Assembly (NCBI GenBank): GCA_010909165.1
Contig: MU008180.1
Span: 1,028,076-1,092,075, forward strand
Length of the DNA stretch: 64,000 bases
Reading direction: 5' to 3'
DNA from: Anthoceros angustus
Taxonomy: Eukaryota; Plantae; Anthocerotophyta
The stretch's first letter is position 1. The number at the start of each line of letters is the position of its first letter. The notes under the pieces were generated by a model. The model made no database searches. It saw only the letters and a list, made by a program, of their open reading frames with translations, and was not told the DNA's origin. Below are positions 12,438 to 24,691 of the stretch, one piece after another. The position numbers and the translations under genes were made by a program.

Positions 12438-14604
12438 TAAGAATGACTCTGACAACTTTCAATTACGAGTGCACGTAGTTCGATGGCTGTGAATCTAACT
12501 AGAAAGACATGCGAGCTGTGTGGATATGCAATAGGACCCTAAAGGGTACCATACCTTTTGCTTGGCAACACAGTTGGAGAACATTCGCAAAGGGAATTGG
12601 TACATTGGCCTCAAGCAGACGACCAGCCTCAAGTTTAAAACTCGAACTGTTGACCACTGACGCGGTCGGCGCGATGGGAGCAACGAGTGATGTGGCACTT
12701 AAGGCTAGTGTGGGCCTCTTCTACTAGGGGGCTACCAGACTTGGAGAGTGAGGGCGAGCTCATCAGTGGTGTATTCAAGCTGGGGGCTCGGCAAGCTATG
12801 GACTCGAAGTGTCGCAACGCTACAACGAGAGTCGCACCCCGCGTCAGTCAAGTTGAGAAGGGGAATGAGAGGTTCTGCACTACGAGTGACCTGAGCGGTG
12901 GTGGTGGGAAGAACGCTTTAACTACCACGCATCTTGTGGGAGGCTATAGTTTCCAAGCCCTACGGTGGCAAAATGAGACATTCCATAATTGCAAAGATAT
13001 GAGCCGGATCTACCCAAACGTCCCATCAATTTTGGGAGCTGAAGTTGCTCCTAGTGCACGTGGAGAGGCACCATGAGAGGTATTTGAGAACTTTCTTTCT
13101 GACCACAAGGACCAGTATGAACTATAGGGCCATGGTTTGTAAGCACTAAGTTTTCCAAGGGGGATGTTCAAGGTGGTAGCCTTAGGCTAGATGGACTTTT
13201 GTTGGCTAGAATAGGTTTACAGCTTAAGGTTGACAAACATGTGCAAAGAGTCTATATGGTTATCACATCATGACGGCTATGCTGCCTACGCGCGACAGTG
13301 AAGTAAAAGAGGAGTCCCAGACTATGGGGCCAGCTTTTCCTAGTCTTATATTTTCATATCAGAGTCGAGGTCAGCAAAGTTGGCTGACCGCAATGTGGTA
13401 TGCGGAAAATCCGTGAGAACAACCTTGCTAAGCCGCAGAGGCAAGCAAGGACGCGTCCTATCTTGCTGACCAGCATTTGTGGCTCATAGAAATGGGACTC
13501 AATTTAGCCACGTGGGCTGAGCACGGGACTGTGTGTGAGAAGCTAGGTGATAAGATGATGATGTAGCAAGATAGGGTGTTGGGGTCAGACTAAAATCTTA
13601 GAAATCGCGTGTTATTTATAGCCCCCAACTTAGCTAGTCAGCCAAGGTAGCATCAAATTTGGTTCATAGTTCAAACAAGTAGCCGTTTTCGGTATTCAGC
13701 CTATTATGTAGAGAAGTTGTTACAGTTTGCTAGTTATATTAAGATCATATCTTTGTGCGGGCTTTGCTAATATCTCAACTAAGTCTAAGAATTGCCTTTG
13801 ACCGAGAGAATCCTTGGACAACTAGAGAGAAGGGAGCTTATAGAGTACTTTGTGCAGAATTGGAGAAGGCACCTGAATTGACACTTGAAGGAACGTTGAG
13901 GTACCAATGGGGCGCAGAGCTGATACATGAACATCCGTGAGAATCGTGGCTCATGAGCAAAGGGTTTTGGTATTCCGAAGAGGTGAAAGTAAGATACTTG
14001 ACAAAATGAATCTAGCTGACGAGTGAGTTAATAAAAATTATAGAACCTTTATACCTATACCTAGATATTATATAAAGAGTCTTGTATTTATGTCATATGC
14101 GCGCTTCCCTGCAAGACATTTTCTCAATAAACTTGAACTTGAAGCATACACACGTACCTAAGAAGGGCTCTTCCTATATTTTTTTCTTTAATAAAGTTTA
14201 TATAAAATATTTTAAGTATGTATTTATTATATAGTATCCGTTTATTACATATATTGTAGCAGGACATTCGAGCACCAATCAAGTATACGAGGAATGAATC
14301 GGCAGTGAATGAAAGGATCGGGGAAACGTAGCTTGCTTGGTGGGGCCGCTGTAATAGGAGCGGGGTTTTGTGTGAAGGGAAGCTCAGATCTGCGGACCTG
14401 CCACACTGGGGCCAGTCGGCTGCCAGATCTGAGGTTTTGGGCCCGAAGCGGCCGTGGCACCTCTGCCTGTGCTTCCTTTCCAGATCGTGCCGCGGGTGGT
14501 GCCGTCGCAGGCAAGGTTGAACTCCATGCTGGTCACTCTATTTTGCAGCTTTGCCAACAGATCTGATGCTCAAACAATAGGGGTTTTTCTTGCAGGTTGA
14601 AGCC

Positions 14605-17472
14605 ATGGACAAAACGTGCAGCTTGCTCGTCCATTTTGACAAGGGTACTCCAGCTCTTGCCAATGAGATCAAGGAGGCGCTGGAAGGCAATGATGTGCAG
14701 CGGAAAGTGGACGCGATGAAGAAGGCCGTGATGTTGCTGCTCAATGGTGAAATTTTACCTCAGCTGTTCATCACGATCGTGAGATATGTGTTGCCCTCAG
14801 AAGACCACACTGTGCAGAAGCTGCTGCTTCTGTATCTGGAGATAATCGACAAGACTGACTCGCAGGGGAAGATATTGCCGGAAATGATTCTCATTTGCCA
14901 GAACCTGAGGAACAACCTGCAGCACCCGAACGAGTATATAAGAGGTGTCACTCTCCGTTTTCTCTCCAGGTTGAATGAGGCGGAGCTCATCGAGCCCTTG
15001 ATCCCGTCGATTGTGACCAACTTGGAACATCGACATGCATTTGTAAGGCGGAATGCCATCCTAGCCATCATGTCAATCTACAAGCTTCCACAGGGTGAGC
15101 TTCTCCTAGTTGATGCGCCCGATCTGATTGAGAAAGTGTTGTCAACAGAGCAGGATTTGTCAGCTCGACGGAATGCGTTTCTCATGCTGTACAACTGTGC
15201 CCAGCAAAGGGCGGTGAACTATCTTTTGAGCCACTTGGAGGCTGTCCCTAACTGGGGAGACCTTCTGCAGATGGTTGTTCTTGAACTGATCAGGAAGGTT
15301 TGCAGAACTAACCCAGGTGAGAAGGGGAAGTATATCAAGATCATCCTGTCTCTGCTCAACTGCCCCTCCTCAGCTGTGATGTATGAGTGCGCAGGGACTC
15401 TTGTGTCACTGTCCTCTGCACCCACTGCAATCAGAGCCGCTGCAAATACCTACTGTCAGCTGCTCCAGTCCCAGAGTGACAACAATGTGAAGCTGATAGT
15501 CCTGGACCGGCTGCAGGAGCTCAAGGCTGCACACAGGGAAGTTATGGTGGACATGATTATGGATGTCCTGAGGGCGTTGTCCAGTCCCAATCTTGATATT
15601 AGAAGGAAGACTTTAGATATTGCGCTGGATCTGATCACACCGAGAAACATTGATGAGGTGGTGTTGACTCTGAAAAAGGAGGTTGTGAAGACACAAAGCA
15701 AGGAGCTGGAGAAGAATGGGGAGTACAGGCAAATGCTGGTTCAGGCTATTCACTCATGCGCCATTAAGTTCCCTGAAGTGGCATCTAGCGTTGTGCATCT
15801 TCTGATGGACTTTTTAGGCGACTCAAACACTGCATCAGCCATTGATGTTGTTTTCTTCGTGAGGGAGATAATTGAAACCAACTCAAAGCTCCGGGAGTCC
15901 ATTATTGCCAGGTTGCTCGACATTTTCTATCAGATCCGTGCTTCAAGAGTTTGTACCTGTGCGCTCTGGATTATTGGAGAGTACTGCTTTTCAGCCTCAG
16001 AAGTTGAGGCAGGCATTTTGACAATAAAGCAATCGCTTGGTGAGTTGCCTCTATACACAGCTACAGAGGAGGGTGATACTGTGGATTCATCAGTCACAAA
16101 GTCATCTGCTGGTGCGGGGCGTGTTCCTCCTGCCTTGTCCGTGTCTACTGCGTCATCCAAGAGACCTGCAGTTCTTGCGGATGGAACATATGCGTCTCAG
16201 AGCGCTGCTGTGGAGATAGCAAACACAGCGCCGACTGCTTCGCTAGGGGAGTCTTTGGTTGCGAACCTGAGGTCAATTCTTCTTACTGGTGATTTTTTCT
16301 TGGGGGCTGTGGTGGCAACTACCCTGACGAAGTTGGTATTGCGGCTGGAAGAGCTTCAGCCGTCGAAGGTGGCCTTGAATAGAGCCACAGCTGATGTTCT
16401 CCTTATTTTGGTTTCAATTCTGAGGCTTGGGCAATCATCAGCTTTGCCCCATCCTACTGACAATGATTCATCCAACAGAATCAGTCTCTGCATACGAATC
16501 CTTGCAAGCAGGGATAAGGTGATGAAGGCAGTCTGGCTTCAGGAATGCCGTGCAAGTTTTGTGAAAATGATCGTAGAAAAGCAGCAGTCTGAAACAGAAG
16601 AGACCAAGGCGAAGGCCCAAGTGAGCAACGCGCAGCCAGATGATCTGATTGACTTCTACCACCTCAAGAGCAGGAAGGGCATGAGCCAGCTGGAACTTGA
16701 AGATGAGGTCCAAACAGACCTGAAGCGAGCTACCGGGGAGTTCACCAAGGTAGCTGACAACACGAGAAAGCTGAACAGGGTGCTGCAGCTTACTGGGTTC
16801 AGTGATCCGGTGTATGCAGAAGCTTATGTTATGGTTCACCAGTACGATATTGTTTTGGATGTGACTGTTGTGAATCGCACCGCAGAGACTCTGCAGAACC
16901 TGTGTCTGGAGCTGGCAACCATGGGTGACCTCAAGCTTGTGGAGCGTCCTCAAAACTACACTCTTGCTGCAGGTTCAAGTAAACAAATCCGGGCCAACAT
17001 CAAGGTCTCATCTACAGAGACAGGAGTCATCTTTGGCAACATTGTGTACGAGTCCACAAGTGTGCTGGATCGGAACGTGGTGGTTCTGAATGACATCCAC
17101 ATTGACATCATGGACTACATCTCACCAGCTTCTTGTCCAGATGTGGCCTTCAGAAACATGTGGGCTGAGTTTGAGTGGGAGAACAAGGTCGCCGTGAACA
17201 CAAGTATCACAGATGTCCAGGAGTTTTTGAGTCACATTGTGGCATCAACCAACATGAAATGCCTCACTCCGGCATCTGCCCTCCAGGAGCACTGCGGGTT
17301 CCTGGCTGCCAACCTCTATGCCAAAAGCGTATTCGGTGAAGACGCCCTGGTGAATGTCAGTGTGGAGCAGCAACCGGACGGGAAGCTGAGCGGCTACATC
17401 CGAATCAGAAGCAAAACACAGGGCATAGCTCTGAGTCTGGGTGACAAGATCACCCTGAAGCAAAAAGGCTGA
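14605..17472 (+). CDS. COPB1: Coatomer subunit beta (beta-COP), intronless coding region
   Basis: 955-aa ORF from MDKTCSLLVHFDKG; adaptin N-terminus (NNLQHPNEYIRGVTLRFL), QLTGFSDPVYAEAY and C-terminal YIRIRSKTQGIALSLGDKI. A TTGCAG acceptor just before the ATG implies a 5'UTR intron. Confidence 0.97.
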   Translation: MDKTCSLLVHFDKGTPALANEIKEALEGNDVQRKVDAMKKAVMLLLNGEILPQLFITIVRYVLPSEDHTVQKLLLLYLEIIDKTDSQGKILPEMILICQNLRNNLQHPNEYIRGVTLRFLSRLNEAELIEPLIPSIVTNLEHRHAFVRRNAILAIMSIYKLPQGELLLVDAPDLIEKVLSTEQDLSARRNAFLMLYNCAQQRAVNYLLSHLEAVPNWGDLLQMVVLELIRKVCRTNPGEKGKYIKIILSLLNCPSSAVMYECAGTLVSLSSAPTAIRAAANTYCQLLQSQSDNNVKLIVLDRLQELKAAHREVMVDMIMDVLRALSSPNLDIRRKTLDIALDLITPRNIDEVVLTLKKEVVKTQSKELEKNGEYRQMLVQAIHSCAIKFPEVASSVVHLLMDFLGDSNTASAIDVVFFVREIIETNSKLRESIIARLLDIFYQIRASRVCTCALWIIGEYCFSASEVEAGILTIKQSLGELPLYTATEEGDTVDSSVTKSSAGAGRVPPALSVSTASSKRPAVLADGTYASQSAAVEIANTAPTASLGESLVANLRSILLTGDFFLGAVVATTLTKLVLRLEELQPSKVALNRATADVLLILVSILRLGQSSALPHPTDNDSSNRISLCIRILASRDKVMKAVWLQECRASFVKMIVEKQQSETEETKAKAQVSNAQPDDLIDFYHLKSRKGMSQLELEDEVQTDLKRATGEFTKVADNTRKLNRVLQLTGFSDPVYAEAYVMVHQYDIVLDVTVVNRTAETLQNLCLELATMGDLKLVERPQNYTLAAGSSKQIRANIKVSSTETGVIFGNIVYESTSVLDRNVVVLNDIHIDIMDYISPASCPDVAFRNMWAEFEWENKVAVNTSITDVQEFLSHIVASTNMKCLTPASALQEHCGFLAANLYAKSVFGEDALVNVSVEQQPDGKLSGYIRIRSKTQGIALSLGDKITLKQKG

Positions 17473-18345
17473 TGACTGCCAACAGAGGCGAAGGCAGCCA
17501 AGCCCGGGCAAAGATGGGTTCACTTAGAGTCGGTAGTGTCGACCCATCTGTTTCTTTTGCATGTCTTAGGAGACAATTTTTTCAGCAGTATTGTGAATGC
17601 TCCAACGTTGAAGCACTGGACGTGAGGTAGAGTTCAAGTTACGCTCATAGGCCAGGCTTTTGATGCGCATAGTTGTTTCTACGTTGGATCTCTTGAGCAT
17701 GTATTTCAGTGAATCACTGTTGTAAATGCTCCAACTTTGCAGCACTGGAAGTGAGAGCATCTTCCTGTCTGGAATCATCCTGCACCCCCATTGGCTGGAG
17801 AAACAACATGGTAAACCAGAGAGAGTTGGTTGGCCGCAGAATCGGCCCTGGGTAAGCACGTGTTCAACCACCCAAGTTATTAGGGCATGGTCAAGGTTGG
17901 TGTCGCGTGGTTCCATGCTGCTGCCGGGATCGTCCATGGAGCATGCTGCTTGCCATGGCCGTTGGGCTGACTGTCATATAGATTGAAAGGAACAGAGCAT
18001 CCGGGACCGCTGCATACCAGTTAACCACTGTCCCGGGTCACAGCCTGATTCCGAGCCAATAACCATCGGGGCTGCGTCCGCGGCTTCAGGCGCTGTCCCC
18101 TTTTGCTCGCATCTCTGCCACGATCCTCGCTTCCGCTGCCTTGTGATACCGTCTCGTGAATCGGCTCTCGTTCCTACCGTCTCGGACGCTGTCGCCTTGT
18201 CTGGCCCCGCGCGCACCTTTGGCCTCGGCATCCTTCGCCGCGGCTGCTTCTCTCGCCTCGCATTCTTCCCGTCCATCCTGCCCGGCCTGTTTGCTTTGCT
18301 TTGCTTTGCCTGCCTGTTGCTGCAGCTGAGGCGAGCGGCTCCGCC

Positions 18346-20775
18346 ATGGCCAGTACTTGCGCCTTCTCGGTGTTGAGGCTCCCTGCTGCTGGACCTGCCG
18401 GGGCGGAAGGCGCGGCCAGGCCCGACTCCTCCTTCTCCACGGGCGTCAGGCTGCCCGCGTGCGGCGGGAAGAGGCTGTCGGGGCTCAGGCTGAGCCAAGC
18501 CGGAGCTGGAGCTCGGTGTCATGGCGCTGCCCCGCCGGAGGCCGAGGAGTCCACGGAGGTCTTTGACACCAAGTCCTTTCGCCATAACTTGACCAGGAGT
18601 GACAAGTACAACAGGAACGGATTCGGGCACAAGAAGGAGGTTCTCGCGCAGATAGAGCAGGAGTACCAGAGTAAGTGCGTCTGTGGATTCTGCCTGGGAT
18701 TTGACGCTCTTGAATGAAGGTGGAGACTGAGGTTGTGCGTGTTGTGAATTTTGGCCGTGTTCAGGTAACTTCGTCAAGATTCTGAAAGAGAACAACTTCG
18801 TATACACGTGGGGTGATGTTACCGTGAAGCTTGCCAAGGCTTACGGCTTCTGCTGGGGGGTGGAACGAGCTGTGCAGATTGTTTATGAGGCTCGGAAGCA
18901 GTTTCCCACGGAACAGCTGTGGCTCACGAATGAGCTCATTCACAATCCAAGCATAAATGAGGTGAGATTTTGTTTCGGCTTGTCAAGTGCCGGGCTGTAT
19001 CTTCATCGTTCCTGCTGTTTCGCGGCACTCGAGGGTGTGATTTGGGGCTAAGCCCTGCCGCTTGCGGTTTTACTTCGTGATCTTTGCAGAAATTGCAAAC
19101 CATGGCTGTCAAGACCATCCCTGTCACTGATGGTGTCAAGGATTTCAGTGTTGCGGAGAAGGGAGACGTGGTGATTCTGCCTGCCTTTGGAGCATCAGTT
19201 CAGGAGATGCGGGTCTTAAGTGACAAGAAAGTACAAATTGTTGATACGACTTGCCCTTGGGTGTCCAAAGTACGAACATGGCCTGGATGCTAGATCAACT
19301 TGCCTGCTGGGAGTTTCTGTTGTTGAGGCAACTACGTAGGGAGATGTTTTAACAAGGCTGAATTGCAGGTGTGGAATGCAGTTGAGAAGCAGAAGAAGGG
19401 AACATACACATCAATCATCCACGGGAAGGCTAAACACGAGGAGACAATTGCCACAGCTTCTTTTGCTGGAACGTATGTCATAGTGAAGAATATGAAAGAG
19501 GTGAGAGCTGTGACAGTTCTGGTTCTGGACGGTGGACATAGGCTTCAATATTCAGGTTTTCATGGTGGTTTGGTTGATGTTTGGATTGCAGGCTATGTAC
19601 GTCTGTGACTACATCCTGGGAGGAAAGCTTGACGGATCAAGCGGATCAAAGGAGGAGTTCTTGAAGGTAAGCCTGCATGACTCTTAGTAGCAGCACTTAT
19701 TCAGGATTTGTTATTGCTTTGACCTCATCTACTTTTGAGATACTCTGGCGCCTAGCACGAGCTGATCTCCAACTGGTTCCTTACATCATGCTGTTGTGCA
19801 GAAATTCGCTCACTCCAAAGGCTTTGACCCTGATGTTGATCTCGTGAAAGTTGGCGTAGCCAATCAGACTACAATGTTGAAAGGAGAAACGGAGGCAATT
19901 GGTATGTGGCTTGTTATTCACCAATTATTGGGATTCTATTGTTCAATTAATGATTTTCTCCAACACATGATAAGGTTTTCCTCTTCAGGAAAGCTATTCG
20001 AAAGGACGATGATGCAGAAGTATGGTGTAGAGAATCCGACTGAGCACTACATGAGTTTCAATACCATTTGTGATGCCACTCAGGTACTTGGTCGTCTCTT
20101 CTACCCGGGCAAGTAAAACTCAGATCAGTTCTGATGGATCCATCGGAACTTCACCTCAAAGGAGGCTTACCTTACGGATGTGGTGATGCACAGGAGAGAC
20201 AAGATGCTATGTATGAAATGGTGGAGGAGAAAGTGGACCTCATGCTTGTCGTTGGAGGATGGAACTCCAGCAACACAAGCCACCTTCAGGAGATTCCTGA
20301 ACTTAGGGGTATCCCTTCTTACTGGATTGACACGGAGGCTCGCATCGGTCCTGGGAACAGAATAGCCCACAGGCTGAATGTAAGTAGAACTGAGCACGAA
20401 TGGGCCAACTTTCTTTTTGTGCTTTCTGGGTTTCTTGCACATGCTACTTTGCAGAGGGTGTATTCTCTTCTTTTCAGTCTCTAAATGGTTTTTGTCTTGT
20501 GTATCCAACAGCACGGTGAGCTGGTCGAGACTGAAAACTTTCTGCCCGCTGGACCAATCACTGTGGGTGTGACATCGGGTGCATCAACGCCCGACAAGGT
20601 ATGTTCTGCAGAGTTCACCTTTTTTATTCAGTTTGTGCTTTGCGTGCCCCTGAGTCTACAGAAGGTTTTCCAAGTGTAGCGTGATAATGTTGTGTCGTTG
20701 TGTCTGCAGGCTATCGAAGATGTCTTGAGTGCTGTGTTCCAACTTAAGCGGGAACAAGCTCTGCAAACTGTTTAG
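18346..20775 (+). CDS. ispH: 4-hydroxy-3-methylbut-2-enyl diphosphate reductase (HDR/IspH/LytB), plastid-targeted, multi-exon
   Basis: Ser/Ala/Arg-rich transit peptide; [62 protein letters not shown] and [10 protein letters not shown] lie on successive exons; ends at TAG 20775. Confidence 0.96.
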
Positions 20776-21169
20776 AGTCGCGGGCCGGTTGGAGAGGTGA
20801 TGTACATATTTATCGGGTTCGCAAATTTGGCCTACTCGAGAACACATGTAACTTGTAATTTTTTGTGAGATCTTAGTTTTTGGTACGTGAACGGTGAAAC
20901 CGTGAAATAGTGCATACACTTGTCATTCGATCCTGTGAAATTGAACAGTAATGTTTGTGCGAGAACGTACAAAACGTAATGGTTGAGCCCCAACGTGGCA
21001 AGCGTGTAGATAAGTGTGAAGAGCATTTTAGCTGGTGGTTGATGGAATGAAGGCATTACGCGTGGCGGTATTGCCACTTGGCTGAGGTCACTGGGCAGGG
21101 CAGGGCAAGGCAGATGAGCTTCTTGCTTCTTCCATCTTGGTGGCCTTGGTTCCGAACATCCTGTGGAAG

Positions 21170-22294
21170 ATGGAGGCGGAGGCGGCGAGAGGTAGCTTGT
21201 TGGAACGCACCACTGTGCAGCAATTGGTGCAAGGCAAGAGCAGGCTGGTGGAAGTTCCGTACACAGCAACGGTGGGCGACACGCTGAATGCGCTGCTGGC
21301 CAACCACATCGTGGCAGTGGCGGTGGCAGCGCCCCCGGGCCAATGGATCGGAGCAGGAGGCTCCATGATCGAGGAATCCGACAGAGTGACAGGAGCGGCC
21401 CGGAAGCATTACATCGGGATGGTCACGGTGTTTGACATTTTCATCCATGTGACAGAGGAGGAGGAGCTGCCGGACGTGGAGAGCCGGCTGTCGACGCCGG
21501 CGAGCACGGTGATCGGGCACTCGCTGGAGGGGCTCAACCTGTGGGCACTCAATCCCAGCACCAGGCTAGCAGAGGCCATGGAGCCCATGTCCAAGGGCGT
21601 GCACCGGGTGCTGGTCCCGGTCTGCAGCAGCCACCCGGAGCAGGCGCACGCGCACGTCAGCGGACTGGAGCGCACCGAGCTCTCCCCCGGCTACCACATG
21701 CTCACCCAGACGGACGTGGTGCGCTTCCTGTGGGAGCATAATGGCGAGCTGGGGGACTTCCTCTCCTCGCACACCGTCTCGGAGGCGGGGGCTGTGCACG
21801 AGATGGTGTTCGCCATCCCGGCCGACATGACGGTGACCAACGCCGCCAAGTGCATGCGCAACGCGCAGCTGTCGGCGGTGGCCATTGTGGAGCCCGCGCC
21901 CGCTTGCAACCTGGATCCCCATCTCAGCATCGGCCACGGGAGGCGGATAGTGGGCACCTTCTCCGCCACCGACTTGCGGGGTTGCGGGCCTGACGCCCTG
22001 CGGATGTGGTCCTCCATGGGCGTGCTGGACTTTCTCAGCAGATCCCGCATCGCCATGCGCTATGGGCTGGGGGCTGCTTCTCAGGATCAGGCGAATGCGG
22101 ATGCAACTGGAGCTTCTGTGCCCAGGCCCCCTGTCACCTGCTTGCCAACAGCTAGCCTCGCTCAGGTCATGTTTGAGGCTCTGGATAAGCAGGTCCATCA
22201 CGTCTGGGTTACTGATGAACAAGCTTGTCTGCTTGGCATCGTCACCTTCTCCGACATCTTACGAGCCGTTCGTCAACACTTATCGCCATCGTAG
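21170..22294 (+). CDS. SnRK1 regulatory gamma-like (PV42-like) CBS-domain protein, single exon
   Basis: LVEVPYTATV, WIGAGGSMIEESD, YHMLTQTDVVRFL, GTFSATDLRGC and VHHVWVTD match the plant PV42/KINgamma-like CBS family; ATG at 21170. Confidence 0.9.
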   Translation: MEAEAARGSLLERTTVQQLVQGKSRLVEVPYTATVGDTLNALLANHIVAVAVAAPPGQWIGAGGSMIEESDRVTGAARKHYIGMVTVFDIFIHVTEEEELPDVESRLSTPASTVIGHSLEGLNLWALNPSTRLAEAMEPMSKGVHRVLVPVCSSHPEQAHAHVSGLERTELSPGYHMLTQTDVVRFLWEHNGELGDFLSSHTVSEAGAVHEMVFAIPADMTVTNAAKCMRNAQLSAVAIVEPAPACNLDPHLSIGHGRRIVGTFSATDLRGCGPDALRMWSSMGVLDFLSRSRIAMRYGLGAASQDQANADATGASVPRPPVTCLPTASLAQVMFEALDKQVHHVWVTDEQACLLGIVTFSDILRAVRQHLSPS

Positions 22295-22429
22295 GGCCTT
22301 ACGCCACAGATATTTACAAGTATTGTACAGTTCTTGGGAAGAGGCAGAACTCAGAGCAGAAAGCTGCTTGCTGCTTGCTTGCTTGTCTGCACTTGAACAA
22401 AATGTAATTACATCCTAAGTATCCACCAC

Positions 22430-24691
22430 CTAAAATTCTATGTCGGACTTCCTGTCCGCCGGAGCCGCACTCTCCCACAGACTAACAAACGTGGGTAAGT
22501 GCTCCACAGACACGTTCATTTCCCTCAACCGTCTGGCATATTCCTGCACATCCAGAAAGAGTTGGGCACACATTTTTTCGGTATCAGAAACATTGCTGTC
22601 ACTTGTGTCGGTCCCCACTCCTCTTTGTTGTTGTTTGGCTTTGTCTCTCAGACGTCGCAGTGACTCCTCTGTCTTCTTTGCCGTTGTGATAACCTCTTTG
22701 ACTACCTCGTCGTAACGAGCAGTGGTCTTCTCAGCTACTGAATACAGCACCTCATATCGTGTTCCGCTCTTGAGCAGCTTTGCGCTATCTCCATCCATGA
22801 ATGTCTTCAGTGGCTGAAAGAGACTGGCGACATAGGGTGAATGCCGAACAGGTGCAGGTTTGTTCGTCATTCGGTAGGTTGCTGAGATGCCCTTGAGCTG
22901 CTTCAGAGCTTCCATGCACTGCTCAGCCAGAGCATCAGTTAACACATCCGTCAGAGCTGGCACCAAGTCAGAGAGGGTTTGAGCTCCCTGGAAGATGCTC
23001 ATCCGAACGACTGTAAGCACGTCTTCCGGGCTTGAACTGAGGAGCTCTAAGATGTGGTCCACGTAGGGGCCCTTTATCAACCTAACCAAACCTTCCACGT
23101 CGTTTCTCACTAAAACGAAATCATCAGGAGCTGCTCCTGAGGCCCATTGTCCTCCTGTCGTATCACCTGCTGCAGAGTTCCTTGTAGCAAGGCCGTTGGA
23201 CAGCCAAGTTGAGTATCTAGAAATAAGCTGCAAAGCCACACGGAGAAATTTGTCCGCTAACGATGGCATATAGACATCGTTGTGCAAGCATCTTTGTAAC
23301 GACTCCCACAGAGCTATGGATGGCTGAAGTCTCAAAGAAACGTCTCCATATTGGTACGGTGCTTGGCCCCCAAATAGAGCAGCCGCAGACGTTGAGGTGA
23401 GGGCCTTCTCCAGAGTGCCTGCAATCTCCTGGAGCCTGAGAGTGAAATACACATTCACATTCCACTGCTTCATGAAGTCCTTATACGCATCCTTTGAGCG
23501 GAATTCTGCCACTGCTTCTTGTGAGGAATACTGCCCTTCCAGGAAATCTAAAAACTTCAAGGTGGATCTGTAGTTCTTGAGAAACTCAACAGGCTTTCCA
23601 GGAGAAAATGCCCCAGGCCTCCCTTTCTGGATTGCAGAGTGAACCTCCCTCAGAATAGAGTTGCTGAGGAAGTCAAACATGTGTAGACCAGAATTCGCCA
23701 CAGCTGCAAGATCCAACAGAAACTTGCAATCTGTCTCGATAACGTCCTTCAACTCCTCAAACCCCTCTTCTAAAAGGTCACCAGCGCCTCCAACAACATT
23801 CTTCAACGGATCAGGGGAGATGATCTTCTGAACGGCAGGTGCAACAACAGCTGACCGGTATGCAGCTTCGGCACCTGAAGTGTTGTCAAGTGCAGCATAT
23901 GCACGAAGGCAGTGATACACTATGTCCCTGTCAAGTCTCTCCAAGCCCCCCACGAAGCATCTTCGCAAACTTGCCTCAAGAGAAACATCCGCAGCATGGA
24001 TCCGCTTTTCCATATTCTGTATGAAAGGCAGATCCTGCGCACGAGCCACATAGAACTTCAACCTGTTCATCTCACTGGCAATCCGCTCCAAGAGGCGGCT
24101 CCGATCACTGAAACCTAACTCCCCAGCCACCTCGTTCCCATTGCTCATCACCTCACTGTCCGACACATGAGGTCCATCCTCAGGCGTGTTCTGCAGCTCC
24201 AGCAAAAGCTTCTCCACCTTGGACACCACGTGCGAAGTATCTAACAGCAGCTCCAAAATTTCCCTCGATGAGGAAGCCTCTGCGCGCCGTTTGAGCCCAT
24301 CCTGGAGGGCCGCAAGAGACTCATCCACTTTCTCCCTCACGGCCAGCAGCTTCACTTTCAACTCATTGAAAGGCATGCGCATCCGGAGAACCGCGCCATC
24401 AACATCCACCAGCTTCGTGCTCAAGTTCACGAAATCGGCATAATCCCGGTTGATGAGCTCCACAAGCTCGTTCTTCAGCACTGCCAGATGGCTCTTCAGT
24501 TCCGATCTCAGCGTGTCGAAGGGAACGTACCTCCGCAGCCCTGCAATGTAGGCTTCGCTGTCGAACGTGGGCGCCGAGAATGCCTCTTTCTTGAACCACA
24601 GCGGCTGCGAGTCGCCATCGTCTCCGAAGAAGGCTGCCACAGACCTCGGACCCGAGGAAATCGGCAAAGATGAGAACTCGGTGGGCGCCAT
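22430..24691 (-). CDS. COG2: Conserved oligomeric Golgi complex subunit 2, intronless
   Basis: 753-aa ORF with ELVELINRDYADFVNLSTKLVD, RLLERIASEMNRLKFY, ATYRMTNKP and SDTEKMCAQLFLDV. Confidence 0.95.
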   Translation of the reverse strand: MAPTEFSSLPISSGPRSVAAFFGDDGDSQPLWFKKEAFSAPTFDSEAYIAGLRRYVPFDTLRSELKSHLAVLKNELVELINRDYADFVNLSTKLVDVDGAVLRMRMPFNELKVKLLAVREKVDESLAALQDGLKRRAEASSSREILELLLDTSHVVSKVEKLLLELQNTPEDGPHVSDSEVMSNGNEVAGELGFSDRSRLLERIASEMNRLKFYVARAQDLPFIQNMEKRIHAADVSLEASLRRCFVGGLERLDRDIVYHCLRAYAALDNTSGAEAAYRSAVVAPAVQKIISPDPLKNVVGGAGDLLEEGFEELKDVIETDCKFLLDLAAVANSGLHMFDFLSNSILREVHSAIQKGRPGAFSPGKPVEFLKNYRSTLKFLDFLEGQYSSQEAVAEFRSKDAYKDFMKQWNVNVYFTLRLQEIAGTLEKALTSTSAAALFGGQAPYQYGDVSLRLQPSIALWESLQRCLHNDVYMPSLADKFLRVALQLISRYSTWLSNGLATRNSAAGDTTGGQWASGAAPDDFVLVRNDVEGLVRLIKGPYVDHILELLSSSPEDVLTVVRMSIFQGAQTLSDLVPALTDVLTDALAEQCMEALKQLKGISATYRMTNKPAPVRHSPYVASLFQPLKTFMDGDSAKLLKSGTRYEVLYSVAEKTTARYDEVVKEVITTAKKTEESLRRLRDKAKQQQRGVGTDTSDSNVSDTEKMCAQLFLDVQEYARRLREMNVSVEHLPTFVSLWESAAPADRKSDIEF

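Noticed and set aside
12495-14000. Short ORFs and weak inverted motifs (GGTCAGCAA/TTGCTGACC)
   Set aside because: No family motif, TIR pair or TSD convincing enough to call.
17974-18837. 287-aa minus-strand ORF
   Set aside because: Antisense shadow of the GC-rich first exons of HDR.
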